In this document: positions 1-13,708 of the stretch, in pieces
Position numbering within the stretch: position 1 is the stretch's first letter
How the letters are laid out: the number at the start of each line of letters is the position of its first letter
NCBI GenBank assembly: GCA_951406725.2
Contig: OX597833.1
Location: 39,866,001-39,930,000, forward strand
Origin: Octopus vulgaris
Taxonomy: Eukaryota
Reading direction: 5' to 3'
DNA: 64,000 nt
Notes under the pieces: model-generated
Told to the model about the DNA's origin: nothing
Database searches by the model: none
The model's input: only the letters and a program-made list of their open reading frames with translations
Position numbers and translations under genes: made by a program

Positions 1-225
1 GTGGTTAGGGTGTTTGACTCATGATCATAAGAGTGTGGTTTCGATTCCTGGACCAGGTGATGCGTTGTGTTCTTGAGTAAAACACTTCATTTCATGTTGT
101 TCCAGTCCACTCAGATAGCAAAAATGAGTAATCCTGCATCAGACTAGTGTCCCATCCAGGTGGGGGAATTTATATGTCACTGAATCCGGGAAACCGGCCC
201 TTATGAGCCTGGCATGGCTCCAGAA
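1..225 (+). mobile_element. tRNA-derived SINE (family C), cut by window start
   Basis: tRNA-like head (GTGGTTAGGGTG...GGTTTCGATTCC B box). Same body recurs at ~3400-3500, 41222-41910 and 52274-52580. Confidence 0.75.
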
Positions 226-322
226 GGAAACACACACACACTTACATATATATTCTTTTACTCTTTTACTTGTTTCAGTCATTTAACTCCAGCCATACTG
301 GAGCACTGCTTTATACACACAT

Positions 323-376
<54 letters not shown>

Positions 377-1223
377 ATATGTGTGTGAGTAAGTGTGTGT
401 GGGTGTGTGTTTGTGTGTGTATTTATAAACACACACTCACCCACACACAACCATAGACATACACTATTTGAACAAACATTATATATTTGGCTAAAACTTC
501 TCATCTACATATCATGTTGACAGTAACGATTTGTCGGTTAATTTAAGATTGAATTTCGCGACAAGCTTAATTGCTTTTTTCATTATTGCATGTAAATTGG
601 AAATTTGACTAAGCTTGTATCATGTTACCCCCCTTCTCTCTCTCTCTCTCTCTCTCTGAAGTCATGGAATACACACTGCATTGTCAAAATATAGAACACT
701 CACACACACATATATACACATACATGCTCACACACACACACACACACACACATATATACACATACATGCTCACACACACACACACACAACGCATACACAC
801 TCATACACTCATACATACACACACATTCTGGTTAGCTGATCTCTTACCTTGGTGTTGTTGTTGTTGGTGATGGTGGTAGCAGTAAGAGGCAGCAGGAGTA
901 GTAGTTGCAGTTGTTGGATCTAATCTTATGTAAGTGTTGTCCTTGTTGTTGTTGCTGTTGCTGTTGTTGTGGCTGTTGCTATTATTGTTCTTACTGTTGC
1001 TCTTGGTGATGGTGGTGGTGTTAATCATGGTGTTATTGTTCTTGTTTTTTCTTTGAAATGGATGAGTTGAGTGAGGAAGAAACGAGATGTGTTGAATTTC
1101 CTCATTTATCATTCTTTTTAATATATCTATGTATGTGTGTGTGTGTCTGTATGTGTGTGTACACGTGGGTGTGTTTGCATGCTTGTATGTGCATATTTAT
1201 CATAGCTGTTGTCAACATCATCA

Positions 1224-1249
1224 TCACCACTACCACACACCACCATCAT

Positions 1250-1313
<64 letters not shown>

Positions 1314-1472
1314 GTCACAACTATCATCATTATCTTCATTATTGCCATCATCGTTTTTGTTGTTGCCATCATCATCACCATCATCAATATCACCACCACC
1401 CTTGTCATCACCATCACCATCATCATCGTCGTCGTCGTCGTCGTCGTCGTCATCATCATCATTACCATCATT
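1224..1472. repeat. (CAT)n/(CGT)n trinucleotide microsatellite tract
   Basis: Seen directly; source of the poly-H/M/I/D ORFs. Confidence 0.9.
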
Positions 1473-1957
1473 GTCCATTCAACTTGTTTACTATTTCCAT
1501 GGTGCATTTAGCTTCTTGAGTCCATTAATTCTTTGCTTGTCTATCCCTACAGTGGCCACTTCTGCTAATTATATAAACATGTCTAAACCAACGTTGGTCA
1601 CTTATGTTAAACACATGACATGTCTACCTACTGGTTCATATCTGTCTCACATCTTCACTAAAATTAGTCGCCTCCACCAAACACACTGCATGTCTACACT
1701 CTCTGCTAACCATATCATACTTCTAAGCCAGCACTGGTTATATCTGTTAAACACATCACTTGTCTACTCTAAAACTTGGGGACAGAATGCAAATCCTTAA
1801 TTCATATGCTACAAATGATCACTATATCAGGGACTTTAAAAATCAGCAAGACCTTCTTAAGATTTAAAGGATAATGGTTAAAACAAGATATTTTCATTCA
1901 CAACCTTGCTACCTAATCAAAATTTATTCTAAACTAAACAGAAAAGAGAATAAAATA

Positions 1958-2523
1958 TTGGGTTGTCTGAAAAGTTTGTGCCGATTTTTAAAGGAAAGAA
2001 AAAGGTCAATAAATACTTGCCTTTACATTTTTAGTCAACCGAATATGAACCATTTTGTTGTACAATGCGTCTCCATCTTTCCTTTGACATGAAAGTACCC
2101 TCTTCCCAAAATTGAGGTGGTTTCATGGCAAAGAATTCATTGAGGTATCTTTTTACGTCATCCAAGGAATTGAAATTTTTACCATTAAGACTATTCTGCA
2201 GAGACCTAAATAAGTGAAAATCTAAAGGAGCAATATCTGGTGAATATGGAGGGTGGGGTAACACATCCCAACCGAACTGCAGCAATTTTTGTCTGGTTCT
2301 CAAAGCATCAAGTGCCAAAAATGACCTTTCTTATCTTCCATTTTAAAGGGTTACAGAATTAACACAGGTTATAGGAACATAAACCTTCTTCCACGAAAAG
2401 ATAGCTTAAACTGTGCTCCAAATGGAGGTGTATTCAAATCCTATTTTATGGACTCAACCATGTTCTAAAATAAGTCAAAACGTAAGCTGCTATAAATCAG
2501 CATGAACTTTCCAGACAACTCAA
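1958..2523 (-). mobile_element. Non-autonomous, internally deleted mariner element
   Basis: TA-flanked TIRs (TTGGGTTGTCTGAAAAGTT / AACTTTCCAGACAACTCAA). Encodes the mariner motif WDVLPHPPYSPDIAPLDFHLFRSLQN. Confidence 0.92.
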
Positions 2524-2668
2524 TACATACATACATACATACATACATACACATACACATAAATAGATAGATACATACATACATACATACATACATACAT
2601 ACATACATACATACATACATACATACATACATACATACATACATACATACATACATACATACATACAT
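2524..2668. repeat. (TACA)n microsatellite
   Basis: Seen directly. Confidence 0.95.
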
Positions 2669-3654
2669 GCACATTTGCATCTTTGTTTAAAAATACAACT
2701 GGAAAGTCTGCAAACCAATTTGACAATGATGTCATTATCTCATTGGCATAGGAAAGGAACAGAGGGTGGTACTATAGCTGAAAAACCTTTAAATATATTT
2801 CTTAGTCCCTTCTACATTAAAAGAGAATTAACAGGCATCACTCTTTTGCATTATTGAACACTTATTTAAATAGATATTAGGAACTAAGAGTACTTTAAGG
2901 TCTGAAAAGCTGAGCATCTAGAGTAGACATGTGATGTGTTTAACAGATATAACCAGTGCTGGCTTAGAAGTATGATATGGTTAGCAGAGAGTGTACACAT
3001 GCAATGTGTTTGGTGGAGGCCTCTAATTCTAGTGAAGACATGTGACAGATATGAACCATTAGGTAGACATGTCATGTGTTTAACATAAGTGACCAGTGTT
3101 GGTTTAGTCATGTTTATATTCTAAGAAGCTGAGAATTCTATAAACCACCCATCTTCATAAGCTGGAGAATGCAAGAACACTGCACCCTTTGTGTACTCTG
3201 CATTCACTCAATATTTGCTTCACTGTTCTGAATGAATTCACTAATTAGTGGGTGAATATGTGAGTTAACATTGGCCAGAGAACCACTAAATTTTTAATGA
3301 AATATATGGCTTATCAGTGTTGCTTATAGTGATATTTCCAGGGTAGTAGTCATCACTTGGCTGATTATACAAAGCAGGTTTAATCCTCTGTAACCCCATG
3401 TAGCCCAGTGATTAGGGTGTTGCACTCATGATTTGCAAGATTGTGGTTTTGACTCCCACGCCAGGTAGTGTGTTGTGTTCTTGACCAAAACACTTCATTT
3501 CACATTGCTCTACAATAATTTCAACATTTGGCGTACAGCACACTTGTGTATCTGTACAGGCAATATCAATTTGATGGAGGAAGTGAGCTTATGTGAACAC
3601 AAACATTACATCAGATACATGCACATATGCTTATGTGTGTATGCATCTATATTT

Positions 3655-4020
3655 TGGTGCAGGAGTGGCTGTGTGGTTCCAGGTTCATTCCCACTGCATG
3701 GCACCTTGGGCAAGTGTCTTCTACTATAGCCTCGGGCCGACCAAATCCTTGTGAGTGGATTTGGTAGACAGAAACTGTAAGAAGCCTGTCGTATATATGT
3801 ATATGTATGTATATGTGTGGGTGTTTGTGTGTCTGTATTTGTCTTCCCAACATCGCTTGATAACCGATGGTGTGTTTATGTCCCCGTAACTTAGGGGTCG
3901 GCAAAAGCAACCAATAGTATAAGTACCAGGCTTACAAAGAATAAGTCCTGGGATCGATTTCCTTGACTAAAGGTGGTGCACCAGCATGGCCACAGTCAAA
4001 TGACTGGAACAAGTAAAAGA
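3655..4020 (+). mobile_element. SINE family A
   Basis: GGCTGTGTGG...GGCACCTTGGGCAAGTGTCTTCTACTATAGCC...GGATTTGGTAGAC...AAATGACTGGAACAAGTAAAAG; more than ten related copies in the window. Confidence 0.85.
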
Positions 4021-4369
4021 GTCATTAATAAGTATTTTCATTTCATTTGTGAAGTTTGTTTTTGCTATTTTCTCCACAGAAGTTAGATAACACTCATAAA
4101 TTTTACATGCCTTTGTAGAGTAATGAGTTGAATGGGGTAATGTTCAGTTTGAACTTCAGTAGGTTGATAATTATGAGTGAAATATAACCAGAAATGAGAG
4201 AGAGAGATGTTTCTAGAATGGCATTTATGGAATAATTTAACAAATAAAACTTTTCTTGGCAGCACATACAGATACTTATTTCAATTGTTTCAAACGATGG
4301 CACAAGGCCAGAAATATATTTTGGATGGGTTTGTAGTTGATTACATTGACCCCAATACTTGACTGATAA

Positions 4370-4400
<31 letters not shown>

Positions 4401-4744
4401 TCTTTCTCTCTTTGTCTGTTCCCAATGCATTCTCAAATGGTTCAACCAAATCAAATCAAATTTTACAAGGTAATAGTATCAGACCCCATGAGTGACAGCA
4501 TGCAATTTTCTTTTCATTTGGATTAAAACAATATAACATTGACACTGGTTTGGTATTATGTGTCAAAAGTGAAAGAATAAGATTTATATTGTAATGTGAT
4601 ATAATATTGTGTGACTTTTATCCTTTCACTTTTAATTCATGGTGTCAGCATCTTTTGCTTATTTGACTGAGTGCTTTCAATCATGTCAATTCCTCTTTGT
4701 ATTATAAAATCCTTGGCAATATTTTCTTTGGATCACTCAAGGCC

Positions 4745-4958
4745 ACAAGCTGGCAGAATTGTTAGCATGCTAGGTAAAATTCGTAGCAGCCATTTCATCC
4801 ATCTTGTTATTCCGAGTTCAAATTCCACCAAGGTTGATTTTGCCTTTCATCCTTTCAGGGTCACTAAAAAAAATGTACTAGTTGAGCACTGGGATTGATG
4901 AAATCAACTTAACTTCTCTGCTGAAATTGTTGGGCTTATACCAAAATTTTAAACTAAT
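4745..4958 (+). mobile_element. SINE family B
   Basis: GCTGGCAGAATTGTTAGC...GAGTTCAAATTCC (B box)...GCCTTTCATCCTTTCAGGGTC core; many copies in the window. Confidence 0.8.
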
Positions 4959-5176
4959 ATTTCTTTAGACCCCACACCCATTTTCATACCTGGGGTTTTA
5001 AGTAATTGACTAATTATTTGTCCACTGATCAGGACTGTCTTAGCAGTATTATAGGTAAATCAATGCATCAGGTCCTATAATATCTATATTTATCGACAGC
5101 TAGCCACAACATATATAGATTAGAATTGGAGCCACTGGACCTGAGATACCCCCAGACAACTGTGCCCATGCCTTAA

Positions 5177-5401
5177 CCCTTTTGTTACTAACCCGGCTGA
5201 AACTGGTTCTGGCTCTGTAGTATAAATGTCTTGTTTTCATAACTTTTGAATTAAAATCTCCCACGAAACCTTGGTCAGAATTAATGCTCCTAACACTATC
5301 TGAATGATAATTAAGTTATTTTACTAAATTTTTTATTATATTTAAAGTAATTGGAAAAAAAAAACACAGAGCATCTCAAAATAAATACAGTAACGAAAGG
5401 G
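5177..5401. mobile_element. piggyBac-type MITE
   Basis: TTAA on both sides; 13-bp TIRs CCCTTTTGTTACT / AGTAACGAAAGGG. Confidence 0.88.
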
Positions 5402-6289
5402 TTAAGAAAGCAATGTTAATGATTAACTCATGAACATGACAATTGATCATTACTATTGATTAATTCAATCCCTTTGAAGAATTTGATTAATTCGATCCCT
5501 TTGAAGAATTTGATTTATTCATTTCCCCCTTCTTTTTCATTTACAACAGTATAACTGGAAATCTAATGTGTTTTGTCAAATACCAGGGTTGTCAATTTAT
5601 ATTAATTTTTCATTAATTTTTAAATTTGTAATAGCTTAAGTCTGACTTAAACTATTACAAGTAAAAATAGAGAAATAAAAATAATATTTAGGTGATAGTT
5701 TGAATATTAGAGCTTGAGTAGAAAACCATGATACAAAATTTAAAATTTACTATTTAACAAAGGTTCTTAAAATAAAAAAATATTTAAAGAAAAGTTGTAA
5801 GTGTCATAGAGATTATACCAGTTTTAAGAATGAGGTAATGTGGGGATTATAAATGCTTACAACCACAGACCGGATGAAAGTTATAAAAAAATACAAAAAT
5901 ATAAATGTACCAGAATATGAGGGTTAGGATAACATAAAATATAAAACTACAAAAAAAAAATAAAGCTGCAAGATCATGGGAAATTGTAAAAAGCTGTTAG
6001 ATCCACAATCAAAGCATGAGGAATAAGGTTACAACATATGGGGGATAAATGATAAAAGTGATTAGTATGAAAGGAAAATTAAATTGAGAACCAAGGAGTT
6101 GATCATTCATGAATTTGAACAGCTTTGAAATCATACACCAATATCAGTATTAATTTAATTATACAAGACATGTCAAGTAAAAGCGTGGTTGTTTTTGCAT
6201 ACAGGCTTACCCTTTGCAACCCTCTCCAGCTGAGCATCCCTAATCTTGTGGATTCATAAGTGTGGATTTATAATTTGTGGATTCATAAG

Positions 6290-7388
6290 TGTTGATGCTA
6301 AAACGGGATCACATGTGGTCGTATCATATAGATAATACAATCGCACGCGATCCCATTCTTAAAGAGTTAGACAAGCCATTTATACATGCAGCACAATAGA
6401 ACATAAGGGATTGACAACAAGTCACTGTTTGAGAGGCAAGATAAGATTTTATTTACAATGAAGTTAAGGTTGGAAGTGTATGGGAGCATGCAACGCGTGT
6501 TTGTGTCTGTGTGTTAGTGTGTGACAGAACAATAAATGTGATTGACATAGAAAAGTACCTGATTGTGGAAGATAGCAGTCTTTGGTTGTTGAGCGTACAT
6601 TGGCATAGTGGTTAAGGAACCATTGTATCATTTTGTTGTTTAGCGCTGTCTCTGAAGCTAGTTCTTACAAGAACTAAAGACAGGTAACTGATTTACTGTT
6701 TATGAGGTACACGAGGTGTAAGAGTTCAATATCAAGATGTTGTGTCTCGGAGCTGACATCTGTTGAATCGCTTGTTGCGTTTATCTTTCTCTTGATATGA
6801 ATATATTTCCAGATATGTGAACTGCAGCCGTTTTTTCCGTGGTGAGATTTCACCTAACCGCTATAGTTGAATCTGTGATAGTCTTGTGTACTATTTAAAA
6901 CTTCGTAGCTAGGGACGATGTTTGCTTGGTTTTTGTTCCTCTTGATATAGATTCCTGCAACTGTTTTTCCGTGGTGTGGTTTTCACACAAACAGTAGGAG
7001 TTGGTTTTGTAGCCATCTTATGTACGAGCTAAATCTTCGTAGGTAGCGACGGAGTTGGTGATGCCGTTATGTCTGGTTATATGGTCTCCGACCAAGACCT
7101 TACAAGGTCTTAAGCCGACAGACGAAAAGTGTCTGAAAGCTCTCCTTTTTATATTGTTTGGCTGGCTCAAACGAACCTCAGAAATGGGATCTTAATCCAA
7201 GGCTGTGATTGGCTGTTTAGTGACAGTGGCACGAAAATAAGTTGAGACAATTCGTGTCACGTGGTGCGGACTATGTAGAACCACGTGTCAACTGCCAACC
7301 AATCAGCTTAGTGTTTACAACAACGTTAAACCAGCCAAAAGGTGTTTGTTATCTCAAACGAGATCATTCTTTTTGCTTTCCTCCAACA
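6290..7388 (-). mobile_element. Putative solo LTR / promoter-bearing repeat
   Basis: TGTTG...CAACA ends. On the minus strand: CCAAT (~7208), TATAAAAGG (~7150) and AATAAA (~6450) in U3-R-U5 order. CpG-rich relative to flanks. No target-site duplication (TSD) found. Confidence 0.45.
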
Positions 7389-7424
7389 GTGAAGATAGCA
7401 ATGGAGAAGCGATATTGCTACAAT

Positions 7425-7628
7425 GCCATGTAAAAAGCACCCATACCAGTGCTGCGTAAAAGCACCCTCTACACCCTCTAAAGTGGTTACCATTAAGAAG
7501 GACATCCAGCCATAGAAACCATGCCAAAACAGATATGGAGCCTGAACAGCCCTTCAGCTGGTCAGCTCCTGTTAAACAGTCCAGCCCATGCCAGCATGGA
7601 AAACAGACCTTACATGATGATGATGATG
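7425..7628 (+). mobile_element. Short copy of RTE 3' end (truncated LINE or RTE-dependent SINE)
   Basis: GTAAAAAGCAC motifs, CCCATGCCAGCATGGAAAACAGAC and a (TGA)n tail, matching 18597-18790. Confidence 0.8.
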
Positions 7629-8689
7629 GATTAATTCAAAGGAGTATGGGTACTGCAAATATGAAATATTTAAAAACTTTTAAAATTCACAATAAAATAT
7701 TTTGAATATAATTTATCAAATTTTAGGTACATTTTATTTGGTTGACAGTTATTAGGGGTCAAATCACATTTATTTGTTAATGATTGTTATGTGGACAGAG
7801 GAAACAAACACGGGTGCAAAGAAACATATGATGATGAATATAACTCTCCAGAGATAAGTGAAGGCAAAACACTCAGTTAATGTAATCTTATCAAAAGTCC
7901 TGTTTGTGTATCGAATTAATAGGTCATTGCATATATCTATTGGACTATATTTACACATGAGAATATTTAATACTTCTGTTGTGCATAGATTGCATTACCT
8001 TCCAGCCCCATGTAGGAAAAAAATGTTCAAATCACAAACCAAGAAATTTTATAACTGTTTTTCTTCATTTTTAAACACCACATCAATGCAGCCACTTAGA
8101 TAATCTTCTGCTTATCAGGATTGTTGAATGAGTGGGAGGAGGAAAACCCCCTCCCATGCTCTACTCTCCTTAACTGAAAGCTTCAAAATATACCCACCTT
8201 AAACTTCTTAAATATCAGCATTCTGATTTGAAATTTCACTTATTGATAATTCAACAAATCATTGTTCACTAGTTGACAAGATAGCCTGATGTGTTTGGGC
8301 ATTATGTAATATATTGTATAAGCTAACTAATTGTTATTCTTATGTCAAAACAAAAACCCCTAATGAAACAACTGTAGCAACACTTGAAAATTTATTCATC
8401 TGTTATTATAATTCTTTTATACCACACTTAAAGTTCCATTCTTCATTAGATACTTTAGAATACTATAGGAACTGTGGATTATCTAATAGGATAATGAATT
8501 ACTTCCTATCTGCTATGCATGATTCTGTCTAGACAATTTATGGCATGCTTCATTGTAATATGCTTTAATAATATCAATGATGATGATGATGATGATGATA
8601 AAAATAATAGTAATTTGCAAAGACTTGGACCTGCCTCATAACAAAAACTGGCTGGAACACAAGCCATCACCAGTGCTTGAAAATGACCA

Positions 8690-9449
<760 letters not shown>

Positions 9450-9504
9450 TACATACATATACACATATATACATATACATATACATATACATATATATAT
9501 ACAC

Positions 9505-9564
<60 letters not shown>

Positions 9565-9594
9565 ATTTGAATGTATGTATATATGCATGTTTGT

Positions 9595-10033
9595 ATGTAT
9601 GTTTGCATATGTGCAGATTTATACGTTTTGTTTTATATATGCATTCTCATGCATATAGTTACATGTCAAGTCATGCTTGTATATACTTGAATAATAAACT
9701 TCTGAAAAGTTTTACAGATTTTTACAGTTTCAATGATTGCTTGGATCTGTAGTCTTCAAATCAGCTTCCTTGTTTCTGGTTTTGAGAAGCCTAGTTTCTC
9801 AAGATTGGTATTTAGGCAGTGTGTTACATATTCCATTGCCCCAATTATTACAGGTATAAACCCAATCTTGTAGTCCAGGTAGAGTAACACTAGATTTCTT
9901 TTTCGCTCATCTTTAGCTTTATGTTAACCTCTGCTGTGAACCTGATTTCCACAACTGTACACAGTTTCTCTTCTCTATGCAAAATCACTATGTCAGGTCT
10001 ATTATGTTTACATTGTACTGAGATTTTCACTGG
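9595..10033 (-). pseudogene. R4/Dong-like LINE 3' fragment
   Basis: Minus strand reads CKHNRPDIVI...EEKLCTVVEI...PVIIGA, homologous to 35400-35600. Its 3' UTR matches 50053-50130. Confidence 0.78.
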
Positions 10034-10496
10034 GTATGTATGTATGTATGCATGTTCATTCCAAGTAGAAGGTCAGAGGTTATGTAGCTTTTTTCTGAAT
10101 ATACTTCTACACACATTGCCATAGAGATTGGGAAAGATTTCTGATTGGAAAAATAATTCATTCAGAAAAATTATATGAACTAGTTCATTATTTTGAAGGA
10201 GGAAAATGTTTCCTAAGAAATTAAAATAAAAAAAAATGAGAATAAAATTGTAGTTTAGATTTTCTATTTGTTTATTTTGTTGCATGTTTTTATGAGGCTC
10301 AACTTCAACATGAATGGCTTGTAAGCAACTTATACATATACAAGGGAATTATATTCCCCAACCAACCCAATATTGCCAGCATCTTTTCAAAATGATTTGT
10401 TTGTTCAAAGTACAACGAATTTATGTGATTGTATTTGGAATTTAATAAACCTAGGAAAAGCCAGGAAAGGCATATAGTACTTACACCCACCCACCA

Positions 10497-10546
<50 letters not shown>

Positions 10547-10734
10547 ATATACATAAAAACATAATACTGTATTGCATAAACATTAATACACCCTCTGTAT
10601 TGATAAATGAACAAATGCCTGTATTTTCTGACCTACAGATGCTCAGATAACTATACACACACTCACAAAAACACACACACACATATATATATTTATATAA
10701 ATGTACATATGTATGTGTGTGTGTATATATATAT

Positions 10735-11133
10735 TCTTTTGTTCTTTTATTCTTTTACTTGTTTCAGCCATTTGACTGATCCATGCTGGATTACCGCCTT
10801 TAGTCAAACAAATTGACCCCAGGACTTATTCTTTGTAATTATTCTATCTGTCTCTTTTGCCAAACCACTCAGTTACAGGAATGTAAAACACACCAACATC
10901 GGTTGTCAAGCGATGGTGGGGTACAAGCACAGACACACAAATATATACATACATATATATATATATATATATAACGGACTTCTTTCAGTTTCCATCTGCC
11001 AAATACACTCACAAGGCTTTGGTCAGCCCGAGGGTTATAATAGAAGACACTTGCCCAAGATGCCACACAGTGGGACTGAACTCAGAAGCATGTGATTTGG
11101 AAGCAAGTTTCTTACCACATAGCCATGCTTGTG

Positions 11134-11135
<2 letters not shown>
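10735..11135 (-). mobile_element. SINE family A
   Basis: Reverse complement of the family A head and tail. Confidence 0.8.
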
Positions 11136-11179
<44 letters not shown>

Positions 11180-11189
11180 GGATGCGTTT

Positions 11190-11390
11190 TACCTGCTGCA
11201 CATAAAAAAGCACAGCATGTAAAAAGCACCCATTACACTTTCAGAGTGGTTGGCAACAGGAAGGACATCCAGCAGTAGAAACCATGCCAAATCAGACTGG
11301 AACCTGATGCAGCTCTCTGGTTTACCAGTTCCAGTCAAAGATCTAAGCCATGCCAGCATGAAAAGTAAGATGTTAAATGATGATGATGAT
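11190..11390 (+). mobile_element. Short copy of RTE 3' end
   Basis: GTAAAAAGCACCC...CCATGCCAGCATG...GTTAAA(TGA)n. Confidence 0.78.
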
Positions 11391-11394
11391 GGTG

Positions 11395-11427
<33 letters not shown>

Positions 11428-11462
11428 CCTCCTTCAAGCTGTATATATATATATATATATAC

Positions 11463-11525
<63 letters not shown>

Positions 11526-11599
11526 TGTACGTATGTATGTACATATGTGTAAATATATATACATATATTTGCAGACCGGTGTATGCAAATTACTAAAAT

Positions 11600-12597
11600 A
11601 TAGTTAACATATCACTATATTAAAAGATAAAAATGTAAATCCTTGCGAAAAGGTGAATAAAGAAATGTTTAAACGACCATATGGAAGGTAAAATTTCCAA
11701 TGATTAGATGGAGGCACTCCAATTTCAAGAATGTATCAGTTAAGGATTCACATCTTATATACTGTCATAATAAGTAAATGAGTGTTTGGTTCTATAAAGA
11801 GCTATACATGTTAGCAGGAAGAGAAAATATTGCAGCAAGAATTGTGGGAAGTAAATTTAGAAAACATGATAGATCATAAGCAAGTAATTATTCATTAAGA
11901 GGAAGGTGTGGTGGGGGTGTGAATATAAATAGTAGGTGAAATGTAATTAATTGTAGAGTTTAATGATCAATCTATCTAGATTGATCAAAACGTTGAATGG
12001 TAATTATGGTTACAAGAGTACATAGCATAAGTGCTCTGTAGAAATTCCTGCCACACAGAGAGTAAGAGTTTATGTAGGAAGTACTATTGATTTTAAGTGT
12101 CACTATAGGGCTCATTTGAATTCTTTTACTAACTTAAAATATAAATTCACAATGCTAGTCACAGATATACATGAACTTAAGCTAAGAAATATACACTATT
12201 CATTACCTTGGTCTATAATAGCAGAAGCCCCTTGTTTATTACAATTACATGTTTATGTAAATTATGTATTAAAGAATACATAAATATTCTCTGTTGATAT
12301 AACTCTACATTATTGAATAAGTTCGCAGATGCTATGTACTCTTGTAACTGTAGATACCATTTAACATTTAAGCATTTTGATCAATCTGGATAGCTTGATG
12401 ATTAAGCTCTATAATTAGTTACATTCCACCTAAAATTTTTATTCACACCCCCACCTCACCTTCCTCTTAGTGAATAATTACTTGCTTATAATCTACCATA
12501 TTTTCTAAATTTACTTCCCACAATTCTTGCTGTAATATTTCCTCTTCCTGCTAACATGCATAGCTCTTTATAAAACCAAACACTCATTTACTCATTT
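11600..12597 (+). mobile_element. Degraded Penelope-like element (GIY-YIG remnant) with inverted segment
   Basis: ~12065-12280 reads VYVGSTIDFK..YRAHLNSF...WSIIAEA...CKLCIKE across frameshifts. 11770-12028 is inverted at 12329-12597. Confidence 0.65.
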
Positions 12598-12659
12598 GTT
12601 TAAAATTTGGATAGGAACATTCTTTGTTTGTATGGATTACAGTACCCTTGAAATGGCTC

Positions 12660-13027
12660 TCATCTTTCTTTTCTTTCAGTCTATCTTATAGACCAGACAC
12701 ATTCTTATCTGTCTCTTCTTCTATAATTTCTCTTGTCAAAGACAATATTCCTCCAGCATATGCTACCTTACCTCGTCTTGCCTAACGACCCTCCATGTTT
12801 GTTTTCATTTGGTTTGTTGTACTCCACTGTCCTGTTTTTGTTACCAACTTAGGACAGTGGAGACATACAACAAACCATAAGAAAACAAACATGGAGAGCA
12901 GTTAGGCCAGATGAGGTAAGGTAGCAAATGCTGGAGGAATATTGTCTTTGACAAGAGAAATGATAGAAGAGGAGACACATAAGAATGTGTCTGGTCTGTA
13001 AGATAGACTGAAAGAAAAGAAAGATGA
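12660..13027. repeat. Long hairpin, ~175-bp arms (12660-12833 / 12851-13027), short loop
   Basis: CTTTCTTTTCTTTCAGTCTATCTTA...TCCACTGTCCT is mirrored by AGGACAGTGGA...TAAGATAGACTGAAAGAAAAGAAAG. Confidence 0.88.
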
Positions 13028-13582
13028 TCATGTGAGGAAAAGAAAGATGGATGATGGTCACGTGTGAGCAACAAGAGAGTAAAGGAAAAAGAGGGAGAGA
13101 AAGAGATAGACAGATACAAAACGGTGAAGAGGAGAAACAAGAATTAGAGAAAGGATGAGAGAGATGTCTCCACTGTCCTGTTTTTATTACCAGCTTTGAC
13201 CCTCCACAAATCCCAAATTTTATTTTGGTTTGCGGGAGCAACTGCCTTTCAAAGCCTCATATTGTCGTTAATTTCTCGAAATGAGGAGTAGATTGACAGC
13301 CGACAATTGATGAAGGGTCATTCTTTATGTTACTTGTCTTGTTTTCCATTTGTTTTTCTCATTGTTCGTATATCCAAGTTTGTCATCATATTTCATGTTG
13401 TTTACATTTTGTGACGTCCTGTACCCATATATGCATATACATATACATAAATATGTATGTATGTACATATATGTACGTATATATTCATATATATATATAA
13501 ATATATTTCATTTATATTATTATATATATATATGTGTGTGTTTGTGTATATATATGTATGTATATGTTCTTGTGTGCATGTA

Positions 13583-13708
13583 CAGTGTGATTCAAAAGTT
13601 GCTATACATAAGAATAATTTATTTTTTTTATAAGAAGCAGTTTTTTTTAACTGTTTCTTATAAAAAAATAAATTTTTTCCTATGTATGGTGACTTTTGAA
13701 TCACCCTG
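13583..13708. mobile_element. 126-bp palindromic Tc1/mariner-type MITE
   Basis: TA|CAGTGTGATTCAAAAGT...ACTTTTGAATCACCCTG|TA; self-complementary almost to the centre. Confidence 0.88.

Larger units (their letters stand above)
1571..3119. repeat. ~200-bp inverted repeat pair (1571-1771 / 2919-3119)
   Basis: ATATAAACATGTCTAAACC...TGTCTACTCTA is the reverse complement of TAGAGTAGACA...CATGTTTATAT, with scattered mismatches. Confidence 0.85.

Noticed and set aside
13240-13330. Possible type II hammerhead (TTGTCG/CGACAA stem, TTGATGA)
   Set aside because: No intact GAAA in the right place, and stem III cannot pair.
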